A DNA stretch of 47,519 nt. Source: a virus. Lineage: Duplodnaviria; Caudoviricetes. The notes under the pieces are model-generated. The model saw only the letters and a program-made list of their open reading frames with translations, did not search any database and was not told the origin of the DNA. Below are positions 19,877-27,905 of the stretch, piece by piece; position 1 is the first letter of the stretch, and every line of letters starts with the position of its first letter. The stretch spans positions 1 through 47,519 of the IMG/VR virus record IMGVR_UViG_3300011443_000020. One strand, 5' to 3'. The translations under genes were made by a program, and so were the position numbers.

Positions 19877-20317
19877 TTACTCCGCGCGCGTCGAGCTGAC
19901 GAAGCGCATGTAGCCGTAGAGCGAGATCGTCACGTTGCTCGAGATGCCGCCCCCCGAGGACATGGCGATGCGGAAGAACACCGTGGACCCGCTCGCGATG
20001 CGGGCGCCTTCGTATTCCCCGCCGTCCGGCGTGATCGTGTTGTAGGTGTTCTGCCCGGCGAGGGACGATCCGAACGTCACCGAGCTCAGGACGGTGGAAT
20101 TCGCGAGCACGGACGCCCCGAAGGTCGTCGAGCCCGTCGAACCGCGGAACACATTGAAGCCCGTCGCCAGCCAATCTTCCCCGGCCGGCACAATCGCCGC
20201 CGAGACGACCGTCGAGATGCCATCCGACGCGGCGCCGGACGACAACTCATGCACGCGGCAGGTATGCAGCAGCGACTTCGCCCCGTAGACGGGGCCGGAA
20301 TACGCGGTCTTGCCCAT
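19877..20317 (-). CDS. Capsid decoration / head fibre-like protein
   Basis: N-terminal T.YSGPV motif, immediately downstream of the major capsid gene. Confidence 0.55.
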   Translation of the reverse strand: MGKTAYSGPVYGAKSLLHTCRVHELSSGAASDGISTVVSAAIVPAGEDWLATGFNVFRGSTGSTTFGASVLANSTVLSSVTFGSSLAGQNTYNTITPDGGEYEGARIASGSTVFFRIAMSSGGGISSNVTISLYGYMRFVSSTRAE

Positions 20318-20401
20318 GATGACCTCACAATCGACGGACGGCGGGCAGGTGTGAGCCCACGCGGGCAGATCCGCGCACCCGCCGTCCCCGAGAACCCTCT
20401 G

Positions 20402-21322
20402 CTAGGCGCCCTGCGTGCCGTACACCCCGACCCAGGTCCACGCGCCGAGCGAGAACCGGTGCCGGGTCTTGAGAATGCGGTTCGACGTCCGCGGATCCAT
20501 CACCACCGGCTCCGTGCTGATCGGCACGCGCCGATAGAACGTCAACCCGTGGCCCCCCTTGTCCGCCGAGAGGACAAACCAGGCGTCCTGGTCCGTCAGC
20601 CGGGGATTGACCACCAGCGTCCACGAGCGGCGCGCCTTGATCGGGTTCCGGTCGTTGTCCGCACTCCCCGGGAGGCCGGAGCTGTTCAACAGCCGGTCCG
20701 CGAGGAATTCGAGCGCCGGCGGGACGAGCAGAATCAACGACTGCACGGGCGCCGCGAGATGGCCGGCTTCGTCCTTCCACTCGTTCTGCACGTCGACAAT
20801 CGCATTCGTCAGCGACGTCGCCGACAAGTCGGCATCCGTCGACGGCCGGTTGCGCGCCGTGCCGCCGCCCTTGAGGACGTGCGCCGTCGAGAACAGCGTC
20901 ACCCCGTCCGGCGTGAGCTCGGTGCCGAAGCCGTTGTTGAACACGTTGGCCGCCCGGCCCTCCTCGACATACCGTGCCGAGAACGCCAGCCACTGCCCCG
21001 CCTGGTTCAGGATGCCTTCCGTGTCGTCTTCAAATGCCGTCTGCGTCACCTCGAACCCCAGCCCGTTTTCCGTGTGGGTGAAGTCCTTGGTGAAGCCCGG
21101 CCGCAGCGAATCCATCACGAAGGGCTCGCCTTCCGGCTTGCTCACCGTGTCGCCGAAGGGCACATACGTCATGACCCGCTCGAACTTCCGATCGGAGGTC
21201 TTGACGGTGTAGTACTTCGTGTAGATGCGCGGCAGTTCACTCAGTCGGTCTTTCATGACCGAGAAGAACGCCTTGTCGATGTTGTCGTTGAGTTCGGGGA
21301 ACGTTCCTCGCAGCTGTGCCAT
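20402..21322 (-). CDS. Major capsid protein (HK97 fold, Mu gpT-like)
   Basis: TSDRKFE, KPEG, AANVFNNGF, DGVTLFSTAH, LLVPPALEF, LTDQDAWF, GVYGTQGA. Confidence 0.9.
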   Translation of the reverse strand: MAQLRGTFPELNDNIDKAFFSVMKDRLSELPRIYTKYYTVKTSDRKFERVMTYVPFGDTVSKPEGEPFVMDSLRPGFTKDFTHTENGLGFEVTQTAFEDDTEGILNQAGQWLAFSARYVEEGRAANVFNNGFGTELTPDGVTLFSTAHVLKGGGTARNRPSTDADLSATSLTNAIVDVQNEWKDEAGHLAAPVQSLILLVPPALEFLADRLLNSSGLPGSADNDRNPIKARRSWTLVVNPRLTDQDAWFVLSADKGGHGLTFYRRVPISTEPVVMDPRTSNRILKTRHRFSLGAWTWVGVYGTQGA

Positions 21323-21334
21323 GATCCTGTGTCC

Positions 21335-21874
21335 TTAGCGATAGAACGCGAGGAACGCGTTCGAGGAGACGAGGGTGGACGGGGCCGTGAAGTTCGGCAG
21401 GAAGCGGAACGCGACGCGTCCGCCCGTATCCCCGATGTTATCCAGCAATTGGGTCACGAGCACCCGGTTGTCCGCCGCCGTCGACGCCGCGTTGTCCACC
21501 CAGTGGATGTTCAACGTCGAGTCGAACTGCAGCGTCCGCGCCGACCCGACCAGCGTATCGACCAGGGCGCCGCCCTTCGTGTACGCCGAGAATTCCTGCA
21601 GCGGGTTCGCTTCGTACACCGGGACCGTCGTGACCCCGACCGTCGCCGTCGAGAGCGCCTCGCCGGCAATGCCGACCGTGTTGAACGCCCCGACCGCCGT
21701 CGACGCCTTCACCCGATGGCCGTTCGTCGACGCATCGAGCGTCACGATCCGGCCGACCTGAATCGCCGCCGAGCTCACCCCCGTCGACACCTCGTAGTGC
21801 CGGACGTGAAACGCGCCCCACGGCGTCCGATAGGGCTTCACATGCGAGCCCGAGGACAGCGTGATGTCTGCCAT
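21335..21874 (-). CDS. Capsid cement / decoration protein
   Basis: 179-aa beta-rich gene directly upstream of the major capsid gene; GGGGAG RBS. Confidence 0.6.
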   Translation of the reverse strand: MADITLSSGSHVKPYRTPWGAFHVRHYEVSTGVSSAAIQVGRIVTLDASTNGHRVKASTAVGAFNTVGIAGEALSTATVGVTTVPVYEANPLQEFSAYTKGGALVDTLVGSARTLQFDSTLNIHWVDNAASTAADNRVLVTQLLDNIGDTGGRVAFRFLPNFTAPSTLVSSNAFLAFYR

Positions 21875-22050
21875 GTCTCCCCCACAGTGCGCCACGCGCA
21901 CGGGTGCAAATTTTTGATTGGAACAGCGTCAGCGTGCTACGTGTGGCCGGGCTGACGCCGGACGGACACGGGCACCTCGGTGTTTTGCGCCGCGGGTGGA
22001 CGGCGAGCACTGGCAGGATCCCCGGCGGGCCAGTGAGCCGCCGTGCGCCT

Positions 22051-22078
22051 AGTCTAGCGCGACCGTGGGGGCTGTCAA
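22051..22078 (-). promoter_or_regulatory. Sigma70-type promoter for the capsid/tail operon
   Basis: TTGACA-16 nt-TAGACT in intergenic DNA. Confidence 0.65.
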
Positions 22079-22088
22079 ATTCGCCGAC

Positions 22089-22280
22089 CTACTGGTGCTT
22101 CGCCTTCTGCCCTAGCGTCTGTTTCTGCTTCTGGACGATGGGCGACTTCGCATACTCCTCGCCGATCTCCTTCATCACCGCCGTCTCGCGCGGGGTCAGG
22201 GGCATCCCCTCTTTGGATCGCGCCAGCGCCCGGCCCCGCTCCTCATACGTCGCCGCCTTCTGGTGATACTTATTCGGCAT
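22089..22280 (-). CDS. Small basic hypothetical protein
   Basis: 63-aa ORF with a purine-rich RBS. Confidence 0.5.
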   Translation of the reverse strand: MPNKYHQKAATYEERGRALARSKEGMPLTPRETAVMKEIGEEYAKSPIVQKQKQTLGQKAKHQ

Positions 22281-22369
22281 CGCTTACTTCCCCTTCTTCG
22301 TCGGCTTCTTACTCGGCTTTCGGTTCGTGTAGAGATCCGGATTCGTTCCGCGCACCTGCACTCGTCGCG

Positions 22370-22654
22370 TCATGGTTCCCATCGTTCGTCGGCCTCCTCC
22401 GCCGCACACCGCGCACAATACGTCCCCGCACACGACGCCATGCACCGCCGGCACCGTCCGTCTTCGACCACAGGGAGGGGCTCGGGCGTCGGCTCAACCA
22501 CGGGCTCCGGCATCGGCTCGGGGATCGGGTCCGGCGTCTCAATCACCGGGGACGGCATCGGACGCTCGACGACGGGCACCGGCCGCGGCGTCGGGTGCTT
22601 TTTCACGGCCGCCTTCTTTGCCACGGGATGTTTCACCAATCGCGTCTTCGCCAT
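22370..22654 (-). CDS. Lys-rich / Pro-Glu-rich protein with a C-terminal CxxC...CxxC
   Basis: ATG overlaps the terL stop; CRRC and CARC. Confidence 0.5.
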   Translation of the reverse strand: MAKTRLVKHPVAKKAAVKKHPTPRPVPVVERPMPSPVIETPDPIPEPMPEPVVEPTPEPLPVVEDGRCRRCMASCAGTYCARCAAEEADERWEP

Positions 22655-24201
22655 CAATACCCCCCTCTGGAGAGTCCCCCGCGCCGCCACCGATACGGCT
22701 CCAGCACGTCCACCTGACTCCGCCGCACCATTGCCGCCTCCCGCCGCGCATGATGCCGCTCCACTTCCCCCATCGTCGGCTGCGCCCCCCCGAAGTTTAA
22801 CTCCAAATACTCCAAACAGTTCTGCCCGTGCTCGTACCACCCATCCTTCTTCGGCTTCCGCACCTGCTTACTTCCCACACTCACTAGGTGCTCGTCCCAC
22901 ACATACCCCGCCTCCAACCCGTCCGTCAGAAACGGCCAACTCTTCGCCCCGTCCGGTCCCACTATCTGCCACCGCTCCGGATTCGCCTCGACCCCAAACG
23001 CCTCCCCCTGCACCGTCCGCCGCCGCATATGCCCCGCGATCCGCTCCACCATCGCCCCCCGCACGTCCGGCGCATTCGCATTCCCCACCCACCGCGCCGA
23101 AAACCCATGCTCCGCCAGCACCTTCACCCCGTTGTTCCGCACCCCCTGCGAATTGTCGTGACTCCCCGCCGGATCACAACACGTCCACACCTCGTCCACC
23201 CCCGGAAACCACCGCGCCCGATACTGCTTCGCGATCGGCGCAAAGTCCTCCAGATACAGGTTCTGCCCCATCACCCCACCCAAGACCCGCAACTCCCCAT
23301 ACGGCGTGAACTGCCCCCAGACAATGCACGGATGGTGCTTCCCGAAGTCAATCGCCTCCAGCAACGGCAGCATCGGATTCACCGACAACATCCGGACATG
23401 GATCGCCCGGTTGAACATCGGCACCAGTCCCCGCTCCGCGTCCCCCCCATACACCGGCGTCCCAATGACGTTCAACCCCCGCTTCCCGAGCACCGCACTC
23501 CGATGCTTCGGATGACTCGCGGGATACGCCAGAATCAGGTTCTCGATCGTCTCGGGTGGAATGTTGTGCGCATTCGCATGGATCGGCGCCGAGTAGTACG
23601 TCCGCCCCTTGAGATGGTTGTCCTCCGGGAATTCCCGGGCGAGCCAATGGTTCTCGTCCGGCGGATTCGGCGTCAGCAGCAGTTGATGGGGCACCCCCGA
23701 CTGTGACAACCGTCCAATCAACTCCAGAAACACGTCGTGCGGGAGCTCTTCGCTCTGGTCGTTGTAGACCATCCCGAGCGTCAGTCCACGCAGCTTCGCG
23801 TATCGCGTCACCTGATCCTGGGCCTTGAGCCCCATGATGTAGACCAGACTCCCATTGGGCAGCAGGTCGTACATCTCATCCGGTTTCCAGACCGGTTGGA
23901 TCCCCGCCTGCGACAAGACGTGGCGCCAGACCGGTTTCAGCTTCGATTGCGTATCCCCATCTCCATACCGGCAGATCAAGGCCTTCAGCCCGGGATGCGC
24001 CATGCACGCATTGAACACTTTCCAGCAAGCCGCCGTCGTCTTCCCGGACCGGAACGCCCCTTCCAGGTCGACCAGACGCGTCGTATCGAGCATGAAGTCA
24101 GAGATGACCCCTGCCCAAACCATACGGTGGACGCGTTCGGACGCGGAGGTACCCGCCTGTGGCAAGGTGAGACTTTTACTAGGCTTTTTGCGGAACGGCA
24201 C
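22654..24201 (-). CDS. terL: Terminase large subunit
   Basis: Walker A GAFRSGKTT, Walker B-like MVYNDQSEE, LLLTPNP coupling motif, RNase H-like AIDFG and CDPAG; start uncertain (24201 or 24123). Confidence 0.9.
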   Translation of the reverse strand: MPFRKKPSKSLTLPQAGTSASERVHRMVWAGVISDFMLDTTRLVDLEGAFRSGKTTAACWKVFNACMAHPGLKALICRYGDGDTQSKLKPVWRHVLSQAGIQPVWKPDEMYDLLPNGSLVYIMGLKAQDQVTRYAKLRGLTLGMVYNDQSEELPHDVFLELIGRLSQSGVPHQLLLTPNPPDENHWLAREFPEDNHLKGRTYYSAPIHANAHNIPPETIENLILAYPASHPKHRSAVLGKRGLNVIGTPVYGGDAERGLVPMFNRAIHVRMLSVNPMLPLLEAIDFGKHHPCIVWGQFTPYGELRVLGGVMGQNLYLEDFAPIAKQYRARWFPGVDEVWTCCDPAGSHDNSQGVRNNGVKVLAEHGFSARWVGNANAPDVRGAMVERIAGHMRRRTVQGEAFGVEANPERWQIVGPDGAKSWPFLTDGLEAGYVWDEHLVSVGSKQVRKPKKDGWYEHGQNCLEYLELNFGGAQPTMGEVERHHARREAAMVRRSQVDVLEPYRWRRGGLSRGGY

Positions 24202-24407
24202 TAGGAACCTAGGCCGAGAAAGGCGCACCACACGCGTCGAATCGACCGGAGGCAGCCCCGCGACCCGGCCGCAAGGTACTCCAGACTCCACCGATACTCC
24301 TGCAGCACGGCCGCATCCGGCCGCCAGACCTCACGATGGGCCTCTGCAAGGCGAGCCGAGATGTCAAACCGCTCTTCGCGGGCATCCGAGTGCAAGGGAT
24401 CCGGCAT
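24201..24407 (-). CDS. Hypothetical protein
   Basis: Stop overlaps the proposed terL start. Confidence 0.35.
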   Translation of the reverse strand: MPDPLHSDAREERFDISARLAEAHREVWRPDAAVLQEYRWSLEYLAAGSRGCLRSIRRVWCAFLGLGS

Positions 24408-24438
24408 CTATCCAGCCTGTGGCAGCATGAGCCTTTCC

Positions 24439-24684
24439 CTAACGTTTTGACGGATTCGCCTCGAGCAGGAACGGCGGCCGTTCGGTCGAAAACTGCAGCC
24501 GGCAGCCGTCCGGATGGGGCGCAATCCAGACTTCGCGGCCCACGGCGCCAAAATGTAGGCCGAGCCAGGTCACGTCTGGCGCCGAACTACTCTCAGCGAA
24601 CACGGAACGGGGCGCGCGCCAATGTTCGGCGGCCGTAACGGTCCCATGCACCAGCTGTGCGAGCGTACTGCTCTCGTTTTTCAT
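24439..24684 (-). CDS. Hypothetical protein
   Basis: 81-aa ORF between terS and terL. Confidence 0.35.
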   Translation of the reverse strand: MKNESSTLAQLVHGTVTAAEHWRAPRSVFAESSSAPDVTWLGLHFGAVGREVWIAPHPDGCRLQFSTERPPFLLEANPSKR

Positions 24685-24751
24685 GCCGTTTTCGCCCCCA
24701 TTCCGTCATCCGAAAAGCGAAAGTGTGCGGAATCCCCAACAAAACAGGCCT

Positions 24752-24779
24752 GAGTCTGATAAGTAGGATTATGTTAACT
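24752..24779 (+). other. dif-like XerCD recombination site
   Basis: GAGTCTGATAA-GTAGGA-TTATGTTAACT: 11-6-11 layout; right arm matches the E. coli XerD arm TTATGTTAAAT at 10/11; intergenic. Confidence 0.8.
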
Positions 24780-24782
24780 GAG

Positions 24783-25181
24783 CTAAGTCTGTGATACGTC
24801 GATGGTTACGCTGCTCGAGGCGATAGGAAGGCGAATCAGCGGGGTTACGCTGCTGCTGCTCTGTCTGTGCTCGTGAACCACACGCACCAAATCGGTAAAC
24901 GTGCCTCTGACGTCGAGATCCATTGTGAGCGCAGGCGGACCGATGACCCTATCCCATAAACTGTTTAAGGCCTGTATGTTACCCGCTTTGGCCGCCTTTA
25001 GATGGGCCTTGATCAAGGGCTCAAGTTCCTGCAGCACACGCGCGCGAAAGGCGCGAATCGCGCTGATCTTGTCCATCGTGGACTCATTCAGCCGGCCGAG
25101 TGGTCTGCCAGCTCCAGGTCGTTTACCGCCTTTTCGCTTGGTTTTCGGCCGTTCTGGCAGCTCGAGCGGAATATCCTTCAT
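24783..25181 (-). CDS. Putative terminase small subunit
   Basis: GGKRPGAGRP motif, AKAGNIQAL...WDRVIGPP; upstream of terL. Confidence 0.7.
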   Translation of the reverse strand: MKDIPLELPERPKTKRKGGKRPGAGRPLGRLNESTMDKISAIRAFRARVLQELEPLIKAHLKAAKAGNIQALNSLWDRVIGPPALTMDLDVRGTFTDLVRVVHEHRQSSSSVTPLIRLPIASSSVTIDVSQT

Positions 25182-25252
25182 GCTGTTTTCTGAATAATCG
25201 ACGCAAATCGACAGAAAATCAATCGGAAACCTAAAAACAATCAACTTCCCTC

Positions 25253-25281
25253 TTGACGTCCTGATTATCAGTCAGTATCAT
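25253..25281 (+). promoter_or_regulatory. Sigma70-type promoter for the plus-strand island
   Basis: TTGACG-17 nt-TATCAT; the spacer holds the palindrome CTGAT-T-ATCAG. Confidence 0.7.
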
Positions 25282-25314
25282 CATACGTATAGGTTGATTA
25301 AAGGGAGAGACGCT

Positions 25315-25422
25315 ATGGACAGATATGACATCGCAATCGGCGCGGCGCTCCTCGGTTCGTTCGTTCTGGTGACTTGTGCGCTCGTTATTGGGTATGTCGT
25401 GACGGCCGGTCAAATCCCGTAA
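25315..25422 (+). CDS. 35-aa single-TM protein
   Basis: Hand-translated MDRYDIAIGAALLGSFVLVTCALVIGYVVTAGQIP; AAGGGAG RBS. Confidence 0.55.
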   Translation: MDRYDIAIGAALLGSFVLVTCALVIGYVVTAGQIP

Positions 25423-25466
25423 ATCTCAACGGGTTCATCACTCTGTCCTGAAAGGGATGCAAGACG

Positions 25467-26219
25467 ATGACAAAAGCAAACGGGTCCATTCTCTATCGGG
25501 GTCCCTCGATGTTAGACGGTCAGCCGATCGTCGTGGTCGCAACCGGACTGGCGCACAAGTCTCACAATCCCAAGACCGGCGATATGGTCCAAACCTACAT
25601 TATGCCGGACCGGATTCGACCATTGGACGCGTCCCGAACGGGTCAAGATGCGTCCGTGTGCGGGGACTGCAAGCATCGGCCGGCGAATCTCGGAACCTGT
25701 TACGTGACACTCGTGCATGGTCCGAACGCCGTCCACCGGACACTCCAACATGACGGCTACCGTTACGCGTCCTGGGCCGATTTGGAATCCTTCGGAGAGA
25801 ACCGCTACGTCCGTCTGGGCACATGGGGCGACCCGATGGCGGTTCCGGTGGCCGTCTGGCGCGCGCTGCTGGCAAAATCCCTCGGTCATACGGGCTACAC
25901 CCATCAATGGGCGAATCCCACGATTGACCGCGCGCAACATGCCGGGATCTGTGATCTGGTGATGGCGTCCGTGGATACGCCAGCAGAGGCACGGGATGCA
26001 CGCGCGGCCGGGTATCGCTACTTCAGGGTTCGGCAGGCTGGGGATACGCTGCTCGACAACGAGATTATCTGCCCTGCCAGCAGCGAAGCGAACTACCGCC
26101 GCACCTGCCAAACCTGCAACGCGTGCAATGGGTCGGTTCGGTCATCACGCGCATCAATCGCGATCAACGTCCACGGCAATGGCGCCAAAAAATTCAGCCT
26201 TCGTGAGGTATCTGCATGA
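25467..26219 (+). CDS. Conserved Cys-rich phage protein, possibly an Fe-S / radical-SAM-like fold
   Basis: NPKTGDMVQT, CGDC...CYV, VRLGTWGDP, TGYTHQW, MASVD, CPAS...CQTCNAC...HG. Confidence 0.6.
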   Translation: MTKANGSILYRGPSMLDGQPIVVVATGLAHKSHNPKTGDMVQTYIMPDRIRPLDASRTGQDASVCGDCKHRPANLGTCYVTLVHGPNAVHRTLQHDGYRYASWADLESFGENRYVRLGTWGDPMAVPVAVWRALLAKSLGHTGYTHQWANPTIDRAQHAGICDLVMASVDTPAEARDARAAGYRYFRVRQAGDTLLDNEIICPASSEANYRRTCQTCNACNGSVRSSRASIAINVHGNGAKKFSLREVSA

Positions 26220-26422
26220 ACGCCGAACCGCTCGTATTTATCCGCGCCACACGCGTCTATTCCGTTCCGCCCGTCTGTTCCGCACAATGGACCCCAGCAG
26301 ACTGGGAGCGATCTTCGCGTCTGGTATATGAGCCACTAACACTCACCATACTCGGGATGACGTGGCGCGCCACAGGCGAACGCGACGCGCGTGGGCAATT
26401 GCTGTACGAGGTGTCACGATGA
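26216..26422 (+). CDS. Hypothetical protein
   Basis: ATGA-coupled on both sides. Confidence 0.5.
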   Translation: MNAEPLVFIRATRVYSVPPVCSAQWTPADWERSSRLVYEPLTLTILGMTWRATGERDARGQLLYEVSR

Positions 26423-26715
26423 CCGCTCACGATACGCTCTCCGCCATACAGGCTCGCACCTTGCCGATCGTGGGCGATGTCGCCCTACTCTCAGCAAAAG
26501 AGCTCGACCGCCAAATCCAAGCGCGCGCGCGACGCATCGAAGCCTTGACCATCGACCGCGCGGCCCTGGTCGCACAGTCCGAGCACTACAACCGGGCCGG
26601 CATGTACAAATCCGCCAAATCGAACACGGCAGGCGCGGTGAACCTGACCCGGGCGATCGTCGACTACGCGCGCGAGCTCGCCGTACTGGCGCGAGAATTG
26701 GAACACCGATCATGA
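26419..26715 (+). CDS. Hypothetical helical protein
   Basis: ATGA-coupled on both sides. Confidence 0.5.
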   Translation: MTAHDTLSAIQARTLPIVGDVALLSAKELDRQIQARARRIEALTIDRAALVAQSEHYNRAGMYKSAKSNTAGAVNLTRAIVDYARELAVLARELEHRS

Positions 26716-26945
26716 AACGCAAACCACGGTACACCGGTCCGGTCATTCCCGAATCACAAATCGAGTGGATTGTCGACCGGTTGCACGTCAGCTGCAGCCA
26801 TCTGCAGGTCGCGCGCGAAGTCTGGCCCAGAACGCGGAAATTTGACTGGCCGAAAATCGCCCGCAAGCAAGCACTCCGAATCGCGTTCAACCGCCACCAG
26901 ACAAACCGTGAGCTGTACGCGTACGTGATGGGGGGGATGAAATGA
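26712..26945 (+). CDS. Hypothetical basic protein
   Basis: ATGA-coupled on both sides. Confidence 0.5.
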   Translation: MKRKPRYTGPVIPESQIEWIVDRLHVSCSHLQVAREVWPRTRKFDWPKIARKQALRIAFNRHQTNRELYAYVMGGMK

Positions 26946-27154
26946 CCCGATTGATTGAACTCGTGAAAGCCGGCGATCGCGTAACAATCGTCGACCGGTT
27001 TGGCGTAGCCCAGACCGGCCGGGCCGTACTCCCCTGCTCCGCGGGCGGTTGGGTACTCAACATGGGTGGCCGCTATGGGACGCCCGGCATTGCGACCGAT
27101 GACAACACGATCAAGGTACTGCGATCGCCTATGCGTCGACGTCCGGTGATATAG
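26942..27154 (+). CDS. Small SH3-like hypothetical protein
   Basis: KAGDRVTIVDRFG...WVLNMGGRYGTPGIA. Confidence 0.5.
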   Translation: MTRLIELVKAGDRVTIVDRFGVAQTGRAVLPCSAGGWVLNMGGRYGTPGIATDDNTIKVLRSPMRRRPVI

Positions 27155-27269
27155 CGTAGACTCTCACTTGATGGCCGAACGGCTATCAGGAGATACTAGA
27201 CGGGCCTCCGGGGTCATCCCGTGAGGCCCGTTCACACGTACATCTATTGACGAACGGGGAGATCTGTCT

Positions 27270-27404
27270 ATGCCGTCCTATATCATTCGGAACGCTGACG
27301 ACCAGCTGTGGCAAGCCTTCCGCGCGCGCGCGGCCGCGGAAGGTCATAGCCTGCGCTGGCTCATTCTCGAGCTCGTACGCCGCTATGTGAAACACGGCCT
27401 GTAG
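27270..27404 (+). CDS. Ribbon-helix-helix (Arc/FitA-like) DNA-binding protein
   Basis: Hand-translated MPSYIIRNADDQLWQAFRARAAAEGHSLRWLILELVRRYVKHGL; GGGGAG RBS. Confidence 0.75.
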   Translation: MPSYIIRNADDQLWQAFRARAAAEGHSLRWLILELVRRYVKHGL

Positions 27405-27581
27405 GCCAGGAGAGAACCGACTATGCGATTGTGAAAGAGCCTGCGCGGTCCGGCGAATGCTTGGACGGATGGAATAGCACGCGCGCGAATCACCCGCGCA
27501 GGGATGAAGGCCTTAGTGTAGCCGAACCGTCGACGTGTGCCAATCGGCGCGAGCCTGCCAGGCCGGACGGGTGGCTCGAGG

Positions 27582-27597
27582 TGTTCCCCGTGGAACA
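27582..27597. promoter_or_regulatory. parS-like centromere site
   Basis: TGTTCCCCGTGGAACA, one mismatch from the palindromic chromosomal parS variant TGTTCCACGTGGAACA; intergenic. Confidence 0.65.
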
Positions 27598-27619
27598 GTG
27601 AGACGGCGACGCCGAAACG

Positions 27620-27633
27620 GACTCAAATTTCAC
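27620..27633 (+). repeat. 14-bp direct repeat, copy 1
   Basis: GACTCAAATTTCAC, identical to 28582..28595. Confidence 0.8.
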
Positions 27634-27663
27634 GATTCGGGAAAAGTGCGTTTCGGATCCGCC

Positions 27664-27837
27664 TCACAACACGTTCGGCAACGTCAGAAACCGGCGGATG
27701 AGGTAGAACACAATCACCAGGAGCGCAATGACCTGGATGACCGTCGCCCACTGCGGGGGCATGGGGATCTTCGTGGTCAGAATCCACACCACGAACCCGA
27801 TAATGCACACGACGAGGACGAGCACCAGCAGATCCAT
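27664..27837 (-). CDS. Two-TM small membrane protein (Thivi_2564-like)
   Basis: Hand-translated MDLLVLVLVVCIIGFVVWILTTKIPMPPQWATVIQVIALLVIVFYLIRRFLTLPNVL; GGAGG RBS. Confidence 0.7.
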   Translation of the reverse strand: MDLLVLVLVVCIIGFVVWILTTKIPMPPQWATVIQVIALLVIVFYLIRRFLTLPNVL

Positions 27838-27856
27838 AGGGCCTCCAGCGGTTCAG

Positions 27857-27885
27857 AGTATAGCCCCGGATGGACCAGACGCCAA
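27857..27885 (-). promoter_or_regulatory. Promoter for the small membrane protein gene
   Basis: TTGGCG-17 nt-TATACT. Confidence 0.5.
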
Positions 27886-27905
27886 TTTCACCAGAGGAGA
27901 CACAG

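Noticed and set aside
23740-23775. Inactive terminase because Walker B reads DQ rather than DE
   Set aside because: Acidic residues follow (DQSEE), all other motifs are intact, and it is the only terL
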